Source: a bacterium
GTDB taxonomy: Bacteria > UBA8248
DNA length: 64,000 nucleotides
NCBI GenBank assembly: GCA_965213685.1
Contig: CBDBZY010000064.1
Span: forward strand, 1,024,001-1,088,000
Reading direction: 5' to 3'
The notes beneath the pieces are model-generated. The model was not told where the DNA came from. It saw nothing but the letters and a program-made list of their open reading frames with translations, and did no database searches. Numbering within the stretch: the stretch's first letter is position 1; every line of letters starts with the position of its first letter. Made by a program: the position numbers and the translations under genes. This document shows, piece by piece, positions 36,897-64,000 of the stretch.

Positions 36897-39316
36897 TCAA
36901 TACCCATGGTGATACCCATATGTATGCAGCAATTTATCTACACTGGATTCAGATGTGACATATTTCTTCTCAGACATCAGTTTTCGATGCATATTCATTT
37001 CCTCTGGATAAAGATGATAATAATATTCCAGTTCAAGAAAGAATGTTTCAAACAGCTTCCACTTTTGTTCGTAGGGCACAGGTTTATAATATATATCCAA
37101 AAAATCCCTTGTCTGATATCTTGGATGAGGTGAATGAGGGATATATGCCTGGGGAATGTCCAAATACTTGAGAACAGACTTGACGTCTTGGTCAAATAGT
37201 TTGAAGTTTGCATGAAAGTCATATCTAATAGCACATGGAAAGCAGATATCCAACGAGGGCCTGAAATGAGTGTTATAAGTTTGAATTGGGTATGTGGTCA
37301 TATATGTCAAGAACTGAGTGAAGTTTGGCACATTTGCTGGTCTTACACTGTTCCAGCCAAACCTGTGCATCCATGAGTTTAAACCAGTCACGTGAAACTT
37401 GTCATTACCAAAAATGGGCAGTATTTCATCGTGAATTGGAATCTTAATCTTGTTAATATACGCTGAGAGAAGGCGGACAAGAGGATTTCTCACAACAGTA
37501 AACCTGTAGTAGTTTTGTAACCGATATAAAGCCTCAGGAAGTGGAAGATCTGACAATCGGTGTGTCTGTTGTGCATGAAGATAGAGAAGTAATTTTAGTT
37601 CATGTGCAATTAATATTCTGTGAGCCTATGCACACAGTGCATTACCTCATGTGTCAGGATAGACTCAGCAGGTCTTTTACCTAGAGCTGACTCTGGAGGC
37701 AATGTCCCATTCACTATCAAGAAAAGTCTCTTTATGCTGCTACAGCCCATCTGAAGGAGGAAAGTGGTTTGTGAGATAGAACCAAGTGATAAAATAGGAG
37801 CACTGTTAGTGTATACGTACACGTAGTGTACCACTGCAGGAATACATTGTTAGACTACTTTACAAAATAATCAGCATTAAATAATTATTGATGAGTGGTA
37901 CAGAGTTTAAAGGCATATGGTTTGGCTCTGAAATGAGATGGGTACCAAACCAACTGATCTAATATGGTGGTTTGACAAGGCAAAATACATTGCTTTGGGG
38001 AATTTTGATTGGTTGCACTAGAGTGAAGTCTTGAGTAACCACAGACATTAGAAATACTGCATACAAAGTATAATTGTGAGAATGAACAGGTTAACACATG
38101 AAAAGTACGACAAGAAACATGAATAATTTGGTCCTATGAGGAAACAGCAAATAGACTTCAAAATCCATATTCAAAACTGATCAGGAAATAGTACAGTATT
38201 TGTGTGTAAATATCTGCAAATGCCAATGCACATCCTGAAGTCATGAACATGTACCTACGCGTACACACAAAAAATATTTAGGATGGAAAAAGTGTTGCAT
38301 TGTCTGCAAAACTTAACGATTCGTTAGATCACGGTGCCCAGGCAACACCTGTATTCACCATCGAATGTGTTCTTTTCTGCATGCACTTCTTTATGATCCC
38401 AAACCTCCTATCCAAGAGAGTGCTAGTAGGAAGTCGCAAAACGTACGTCACGTGACCAGCTATATGTCGCGAACACAGCACGTATAAGGCCATGTGCAAG
38501 TTCTCCCAACGTTTCCCACGCAGTACAGCATCATGGCACCGCACACTGTGCATGGTGGCTAAAGGCTGCTCCCTATCATGGTCTCTGCATGTCATCTTTA
38601 CCCCAGCCAACGGTCACACTGTCTCGCAGTTTACATGATAATAATAATATACATGCACACACGCAACTGAATAATTTACATTGCTTTCACGCGCGCAGTA
38701 AAATGTGAAGTGTTCTTTACCTTCGGTACATAGCAAAACACCATTCTCTTGCTGTCGTCGTACAGTAGATGCCAGAATAGCTCTTTCAGCTTCTCTTTGT
38801 CAGTGGGTAAAGTAGTGGGCATGTTGAAGAGCTCGCAGAAGCGCGTCACTCTCGTTTGCTGAAACTGAGAAACAAAACAGTGCATCAGAGATTTATGATC
38901 TGTGGCTAAAGTGGGTGCTGACTGCTTTTTGTCTGCAGTATACATTACAGTGGTAATGTGTGGACAGACAAGACACTGACCTTTCGTCTCTCCACAACAT
39001 TGGGATTAAGGCTCTCCCGCGCTACCTCAGGTATATCGTCAGCATCAAAATCCACTGTGGAACTTTCTTGCAGTACTTCCCTAACTGCTCTGTAATACTC
39101 CCAGTCCCAGTTAGTGCCAACTGAGGACAGGTCCTCTTTGAACCCTCTGGCTGAGAGTTCAGGGTAGTGAAGTGACATCCCAGTGATTCTGTTTAGTTTC
39201 GCATCCTCTAGCATACGATTGCGATGATGACGAATAAACAGCACAGTAGTCAGGATAAGCACAATACTAACAACAGATCCTAAGAGTAGCACCCTTGCAA
39301 AAAACTTGCGCAGCAT
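36897..39316 (-). CDS. Carbohydrate sulfotransferase C (CHST11-like), four exons
   Basis: Exons 39316-38981 (MLRKFFARVLLLGSVVSIVLIL anchor), 38864-38721 (..MVFCYVPK), 37750-37646 (MGCSSIKRL..) and 37565-36897 (RNPLVRLLSAYINK, NTHFRP, CFPCAIRYDF). All introns are phase 0 GT-AG. Confidence 0.92.
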
Positions 39317-40471
39317 GACAGCAAACTACTCCTAAATGATAACTAAGTTTGCCTTATAAGCTGATACAATTATCTGGTGGGCAATCAATACACTCACTAA
39401 CTCTAGCACAATATACATACATGCATATCTGCACAATTACCTTATGCAATAATTATGCAAATACTGATTTGAATGTGCACAAGCCATCATGTTATGTAGA
39501 CAAGCCTTCACCCACACACACCTACATAATCATCACCCTGAGAACCAATCTTCTTTGCATGGATACATTGGTACCACTCCAAGCACTTACAAACACTTCG
39601 ATTGTGCATGTTGGCTGGACACACTTCATAAGCTGATGACTTGTGCAAGTTAGTTCACACCATAGCCAACCACACAGCCAAATTTTGTATGCTGTACCTT
39701 CATAACTGTGTGGGTGGACCTACTGACCGCCTACACTAGTAACCATACATGTACAGCAGTCTATGGACACACCCATGTATGCACCCAACACTGGCTTGGC
39801 ATTGCATTGCTGCTGCACATGCAACAGGCCAAAGTGTAGTTGGCATGGTGAAGCAATTCATTGCTGATAGCCTATGTGTGTTGATCATGAACAGAAAATT
39901 GGTCTCATACTGTATACCATAATAGCTTACCCCAAAGGGAAAGCCCTGCTGAAATATATACATGACATTGTATTATCTTGTTCTAGACTTTGTCAACTTT
40001 AATCCAACACCCACACCGCATGTTGTACATTTGTGCTGGATTAATAGCACTCATAGTGCAGGCAAGAAGGTAAAAGAGCACTTGGCTGTGTCTCATGCTA
40101 TTTAACTTCTTCCTGCCAGCATTACTCGCACTATTAATTACTACAGCAGATCATCTATTATATAAAAATATGCTATCCTAGCAACAAGATAAGTCTAGGA
40201 GAGGCAACTAGTCAGTAGACCAGAACTACTGTCGCACAGCAGACACCAGTGACCAAGTGCATATCCAGTGACCAGACTTAATATATACAGTGGATGCAGG
40301 ACGTAACACAATTGTGACAATACAGTATCTTGTGTAGCACATTTTTCAAGAATATGTCCATAAAATACAAATGAAATGTTGGGACAAATTTAAGTCATTG
40401 CTTGGAAATTGGAAACATTCATTTTCCTGCATGTGTGTGTGCATGTGCATGTGTATAGTGTGTGTGTGCGC

Positions 40472-40511
<40 letters not shown>

Positions 40512-40727
40512 ATAATATTATGTATTATAAACATTAATACACAAATCTTTGCTTCAAGGTTATACAAGTCCAAACTCTTGCTGACATACATTTTTCTAAA
40601 TGTACCATATAATTACACCATCTTGCAATGCAGAAATATATGTAGGCATTCACAATCATTTGCATGTACAGTGTACATCGTCATGCATATAATTACACAT
40701 TGCATCATAACCCAATGTGTATAATAC

Positions 40728-45790
<5,063 letters not shown>

Positions 45791-45840
45791 GGTTTCTGCT
45801 CACTGTCTGATTCACGGATGATTGTTGGCTTCAGGATCTT

Positions 45841-45854
45841 GTTTCCATAGCGAC
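45841..45854 (-). promoter_or_regulatory. RFX X-box upstream of CFAP96
   Basis: GTCGCTATGGAAAC on the minus strand matches the X-box consensus GTHNYYATRRNAAC. It lies about 50 bp 5' of the ATG in a CpG-rich stretch. Confidence 0.7.
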
Positions 45855-47546
45855 AGCGCTGCGGCACGGATTTTGGGTTTTACGGAAATCCGTATATTCG
45901 CGTATCGTGGACCACTATATGTTTTAACCCCTAGAGTACGATACTGGACTGGCTTGCGCTTCGCAGTCGCACTGGATGTGTGCGCTATTTTGTGAAGCAT
46001 TCATGATTGGGTGGGGCAAACGGGGAGAAATTCACTATCTATAATAATTGCATACCCTGTATTTGTTGGGGGTATGAACCCCGGCCACTGGTCCCGGGCT
46101 ACTGTACAAAAATCACATGATCAAGTCTCAGGTCTGAGAAACGTCTCAAATCCGACAGGACCGGCGACCCGAGTGGTTTCGGGTGACCTAAGTTTCCAAG
46201 GTTGACACGGGAGGAAACGTCTTGAAACCCACCCCGCGCGTTGACAATCTGAGGCAAATAGTACGATATGGTACTACGATGCGAATACTTGAATGCAGTT
46301 TAGTATGTGATTCCGATTCGTCTTGTTGAAGGTTAAAGAAATAATCCTACATGTTCAGAATTCAACTTCAGGTCATGACCTTCTGCAGGAAGTGAACTAG
46401 GTACAATATATCACCATGATAAAGACGGTGACACAGTGCAGAAGACATGACTAAAGAAAAGTGAGGCATGCAATTTTGGCTATGTAAACATACAAGACAT
46501 GAGAAACACAAGCAGAGAAAAACAACACAAGGAAACGTAGTCATCAGCCTGACTTGGAGCTGCTGTCAGCAATTCAGACAATGGGTTCAAATATTTGACA
46601 AGAAAAATTATCGTAACGGGTAGGTAGATTTTGTCTTCATCCCCACTAGTGTACAAGAGTGGTGTTGCAGGCCAACCAGCCCTAAAATTGTCCCCCTAGA
46701 CCCATAGTCCTAGGACCAGCTGTCCCCCCGGCAGACCTGTGGTCACATCCCCCTCCCCAGACACCTGGTCCTATGTCGTATGACCCTTAAAACCAGCTCC
46801 CTTCCAACCACTGTGCTGTCAGAGTTCCACAGACACTTTACTCTGCCTTGTGGAGTAGGCTATCCTCCCCCCCCCCCAGACACTTCACTCTGGAGCAAGT
46901 TGTCCCTGGACAAGTTACTAAAGCATCTCCAGACAAGTTACTCCAGAGTAATGCTCTGGCAGAGACAGCCTGGATTACTCATGACCCCACCATTAGGTGA
47001 ATTTCTAAAGTACACTATTTTACTCTGAGTGGTACAAGTTGTTGCGGTCCCCTCAGATTTATATCCTGAGTTGAGGGAATGACTGTAGATCACATATAGT
47101 AGCTATTTCAGAAGCTCTTGTCTCATTGTTCAATGTGAACGTGCGTCATTCAGAATGTCAGTCCCAGCCACCTAGCTACCTTTTCACATGCAGATAGCCT
47201 ACCTTGAATATTCAACCCAATGTCAGCCCCACCCACTACCTTCAGTTTATTTTCTGCCAGTCAGAAAGAAAGTGCTCTCCAGACACTAATGCAACAGCAA
47301 ATACAGTGGAGAAGAGGTCACACCTAGACAGCATCTGAACATGTGGGTATACACATGCACAAACTGTCGAATACTTGCACCTCTGCACACTTCATATTGC
47401 ATTCCTATGTCCATGTCCTACAACAGTACGTATGTTGAACAAATTCTCCAGGTCTACATCAAAACTGTGCACCCAAAGAGGGAAGGGTGGGCTGATGGGA
47501 ACATACAGTCATAGGGCCACAAATCCATGTGGGGGGGACCAGCCGG

Positions 47547-49247
47547 TGTCATTGGAAAATATGCCCCCCCCACAAAGGTATCTCTCCAGACAATATTTCC
47601 TAGGCAAAAATGTCCCCCAGACGCATTTTCTTAGGGAAAAGGTCCCCCTAGGGACACTTTTTCCTAGGAAATAATGTCCCCCCTTGAAGAAATGTCTCCC
47701 CAGGGACATTTTTTTCTAGGATATAGTGTCCGGACTATAAGTGTTCCCCACAGGCAGAAGCCTTCCAGGGGGACACTATATCCTGGGAAAAGTACCACAT
47801 TGAATTTGCTAGATAACATTCTCTTAGCTTGTAAGGCACAGTGAGGAAACAACAACTTGCAGAAATACAGAAACATATCATCCAACTTGCACACAGCGAA
47901 ATGTCACCAAGGTACAAACTACTGGCAACTATCCACTGCACACCATGACATAGAGTAGACTGGCAAACAGACACACAAACATGCAGATGGAACTACTCCT
48001 GGCACTTTGTACACTGGATCATGTCCCCAAATGCTGGGAGATGACAGTAACATTAGTATTGTTAATTTTGTCTTTCTTTTTTCCTCGTCAAAACTTCTTC
48101 ACAGAAAAATCTGACATTTTTCCAGCCATAATGCACTTAGCAAGGTCACGGGTGGCACATTTTTGCTTGATCAAAGCTGACTTGGATCAATGCTATTAAC
48201 CAGAGATTTGCAAAGCAAGTAATCCACAATCTGCATACCCATTCCACATTGTTACATCAATGTATTTAAGTGAAATGGAAGTAGATGTAGTTGCCAGAAA
48301 AGAAACTACTTGCTGGAAGAGGTTTGTAGTTGGAGATGGAGCAAGACTGTCATACACCTGTACCTCTGGATGGATACATCAAATTGTTATCCAGTGACAA
48401 ATTTAGCACCATTTGTTCGTTGACAAACATCACACTGGCAAACATGGTCTATGACATCCTGCTTCAATGCAGACCAGTAAAACTGTGAGGCAATCTGCCA
48501 CCTGCAGTTGCAATATTTAGAGACTCACACATCACACATTTTCTTCAGGCCTCCCTCTATCAGAAATTGGCATTTCAACTGTTTCTATCAGTGGTTAGTC
48601 TGACAAGCTGCCACAACATCTCTTAAACAGTATTTCATGGGCACACTCTGTGCAGACCTCTCGCAGTGTAGAGAAGGTGCTAGCTATTAGTCCATGGTGT
48701 GCGAGTTAGAACTCAACAATGCTGAGCTGCATAACAAAGGTTTAGCGTCACAAAACAATACATTTTGCAGAAACATAAAAGAAAGGTCCTTATCCTTATG
48801 AAAGAAGTGGTGCTAAGTTCCAGATAAGGATGCTCTCTTTATCTTGTTTCAGAAAGTCATTGTAGCTACATTACAGTACCTTCAACTGAAGAGTGACACT
48901 GAGCATCAAGAATCCTCTTCTTGTCATCTTCAGTCTTCACCCTTTGCAAGCTACCAGCTGCTGACCTCCTACCAGCATAATACAAGCGGACTCCAGTACA
49001 ACGTTCATTTCTAGGGAAGACTTTCGGATATCTGCCAAGACGGAGATAGTCCTAAACGTTGTTGTAGTCAGCCTCTGTAAAAAACAACTTCAGGGACCAA
49101 CGCGGTAAGCAGGTGCGCAAATGCACATACGCGTGAAAGGGGGGCAGTTTTTCCTAGCGGACACGGAAAATACGTCCGGGGGTACAATATTTCCTAGGAA
49201 ATGCTGTCAGGGAGGACACTTCCTGGGGGACAATATTTCCTGTGACC
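47547..49247 (-). mobile_element. Degenerate Ginger-like DNA transposon
   Basis: TGTCA-type ends with repeated CCTAGGAAA..GTCCCCC subterminal units. Minus-strand remnants YLRLGRYP..EDDKKRIL..CHSSVEG (integrase N-terminus-like), Q.NG.ADCG..DPS (Ulp1-like) and a Cys/His PHD-like stub. Confidence 0.55.
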
Positions 49248-49518
49248 AGCTCCTAAATTATAAAACCGTAAGTCCGTGCGGTCAGCTGATCTTCAGCTGC
49301 TGCATCATACTCACAGAAGTATGATGCAGCTTACAACAGGACACTAAGCTGGATGCGTTGCAGGTTGAGCTTCTCACTTCTAAGGTCTGCTGTGATGTGC
49401 CTGAGGGGCTCTCGATCATCCAAAGGACGTCCGGCTCTTCCTGTACTCAGCGATTTTGAACTTGCTCTCAGCGAGGGACAGGTGTCTCCATGAACTTCAG
49501 TCTTTAGCCATTGTCATA

Positions 49519-49551
<33 letters not shown>

Positions 49552-49871
49552 TGTATATTTTGTTTACACCACCTTGGATTGCTTGTACATTGTGTTCTAT
49601 TTATTTTATCTCACTTCCGGGAGTGAACGGAAGTGAGGTCAGTACGAATTGTGACTGCGCGCGCCTCAGGAGATCAAATTAACCGAGCGAAATGGCTTGG
49701 GGCCACTCTGTCCCTTTTCCGTGACTGAATCGAGTCATTGTTGCAGGGAGCAGAGAGTTGAGGTTTCGATAACGAAAGCATTTCCATCCACATTCTACGG
49801 ACCATCGTTGGAACCTGTGCACGAACGCCACATCCGGACCATCACGTCAAGTTCACCAGTGCTGGAGCGTG

Positions 49872-50930
49872 ATGTCCGGGTCTAAGCCGCGCGTTGTCGT
49901 AGTCGGTGCCGGAGTCATAGGTCTGTCTGTGGGGCTCTGTCTAACTAAAACTCTGGGAAATCAAGTGGATGTTACAATCATCGCCGACAAATTCAGTCAA
50001 AGTGGCCGCATCACCAGCAATGGAGCAGGTGCAATCTTTTTACCCTCTGTGACGAACTACACCACCACTACCACTATAAACACCAAATTCCTCAACGATT
50101 CACAACGCTGGGCAAAAGACACTCACAAATGGTTGATGGAAGTGTACCAGTCTACTGCTCGATTTGATGCTGGCTTAGCTGAAGTTTCCTTTTTCCACTG
50201 CTACAATGGAAAACACCAAATGCCTTGGGCAAAGGACATGTTTGCGGATTTCAAGTCCCTTTCCAGTTCTGAAGTAAAAACTGCATGCTTGCCATCGAGA
50301 CTGCAGACAGTGTGGTTGTACACAACCTTCTCTATCATCCCTACTAAGTATCTTCATTGGCTTACCCAAAAGTTCAAGGAAAATGGTGGACTGGTTGCTT
50401 GGCAGAAAATCCACAGCTTAGATGAGCTAAGGAACTATGATGTCATTGTCAATTGCACTGGACTGGGAGCACGAGAGTTAGTTGGTGACAACACTGTGTA
50501 CCCCGTTCGTGGCCAGATCATTGAAGTTAGAGGTCCAAATATATCACAAGGATTCTACAACAGAGAGCCAGGCCTGACTCACGTTGCATACCTTTTCCCT
50601 CGAAATGGTCGTATTGCACTTGGAGGAACTGCCCAGCCTCACAATTGGTCAACAGAAACAGATGCTACTACGACTGATGCAATATATGAAAAGTGTCTGG
50701 AGCTCTGCCCACAACTGGAGGGAGCAGAGGTGGTGGATGAGTGGGCATGTCTGCGTCCAGTCAGAGACACTGTACGACTAGAAATGGAAAGTGAATCTTC
50801 TCCAGTCATCATTCACAACTATGGACATGGAGGACAAGGCTATATTACCAGTTGGGGGTGTGCTCTCGAGGTCACTGGTCTAGTTGAAAAGTGTCTTGGA
50901 GGGAAAATCAAGGTGGTGGCAAAGCTATGA
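49872..50930 (+). CDS. D-amino-acid oxidase / D-aspartate oxidase family flavoenzyme, single exon, peroxisomal
   Basis: 352 aa from ATG 49872. GAGVIG FAD motif, VNCTGLGA, PVRGQ, LGGT, LRPVR, HNYGHGG, SWGCA and C-terminal PTS1 AKL. Confidence 0.93.
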   Translation: MSGSKPRVVVVGAGVIGLSVGLCLTKTLGNQVDVTIIADKFSQSGRITSNGAGAIFLPSVTNYTTTTTINTKFLNDSQRWAKDTHKWLMEVYQSTARFDAGLAEVSFFHCYNGKHQMPWAKDMFADFKSLSSSEVKTACLPSRLQTVWLYTTFSIIPTKYLHWLTQKFKENGGLVAWQKIHSLDELRNYDVIVNCTGLGARELVGDNTVYPVRGQIIEVRGPNISQGFYNREPGLTHVAYLFPRNGRIALGGTAQPHNWSTETDATTTDAIYEKCLELCPQLEGAEVVDEWACLRPVRDTVRLEMESESSPVIIHNYGHGGQGYITSWGCALEVTGLVEKCLGGKIKVVAKL

Positions 50931-51735
50931 TAATAGATATTATGGCAATCTGTGTATATATGTGGCTTGATGAATGACATTGTCTATACTCTAGAACTAT
51001 ATATACCTTGAACAGTGGCATACACAAAATTAATACAATGGATATTGCTATGCATGCACTATCCGTCATGGAGGGATGTCGACTACACCATGAACAATGT
51101 TAGTGCAGACCAGTGAGTAGGTTATTGTACTGCATCTGGTGTCACATGGGGGTACATCTATTGACCTTTGTATAGAGGTTGTCTCTGAACTTGGCCAAAG
51201 CACACCACTGAATAGTATTCCGGAAGTAGATACAAGTCATATTACAGTACATAGAGGCTTGGCCTGGTGTAAATACGTGTAGACATGTAACCTTATGCAC
51301 TATCTATGGTTATGTTGTGTACCCTTATTACTTTATGATTAATTTTAAGACTTGTAACTGGAGTGATAAGTAGTTTGACCTGCATAAAGCTAAGATATTG
51401 TGCAGCTTTTTGGGTACTCCAGCTTAGCCTACTGTGAAACAATGCCATGAACAGTTGTCAAATACCATACTATCAGTATACTATTGAGTACTATCAGTGT
51501 GGTCAACAGGTGATATGCAGTTCTGAGGGAGTTGGCTCTAGAGAGTAGGGTGTTGCTTACAGTGCACCCAATCCCAGTGCTGCAGCATTTGAGACCAGCA
51601 ATGCATAAAATTAATATCAAAATTACAAGAATAAAAACTGCTATAGAACATGCACTGGAATAATCGATACAATAAATATCTATCACAACAGTGTACAGTC
51701 TTCCTCCTCAGTGTTATATGTACAATGTATGCACA

Positions 51736-63966
<12,231 letters not shown>

Positions 63967-64000
63967 CTACAGTAGAGAAGTACACATGTAAATGAAAAAC

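Noticed and set aside
39630-39660. CUGAUGA as another hammerhead
   Set aside because: No GAAA box or stem I/III pairing follows. The same holds for the hits near 22782 and 23485.
49697-49885. Upstream ORF or GTG start for the oxidase
   Set aside because: The in-frame ATG at 49872 gives a normal N-terminus just before the FAD motif, and the upstream ORF has no support.

Overview
Eukaryotic, intron-rich animal DNA with GT-AG introns, microsatellites and dense nested transposon relics. A marine invertebrate, most plausibly a demosponge, is my inference from repeat style only. Genes I could reconstruct by hand: (1) a cluster of four Golgi carbohydrate sulfotransferase (Sulfotransfer_2 / CHST8-14-like) paralogs, three apparently intact and one frameshifted; (2) the ciliary gene CFAP96/C4orf47, with a consensus RFX X-box about 50 bp upstream; (3) an intronless peroxisomal D-amino-acid/D-aspartate oxidase; (4) the 3' part of a two-domain (tandem C1A) cathepsin Z gene. 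Mobile DNA includes LINE and CRE-like retroelement fragments, IS3EU-, AcademH-, Ginger-, Kolobok-, pogo- and CACTG-type DNA elements and MITEs, two Helentron-like families, palindromic repeats, a 1.4-kb foldback and tRNA-like repeats. The most interesting non-coding signals are a dispersed short repeat carrying a type I hammerhead ribozyme (retrozyme-like), an adjacent palindrome with two Penelope-type minimal hammerheads, and an element whose inverted arms are outward-facing tRNA-like sequences. All calls come from reading the sequence; no searches were run. Exon borders are hand-placed, and some N- or C-terminal exons are unresolved.
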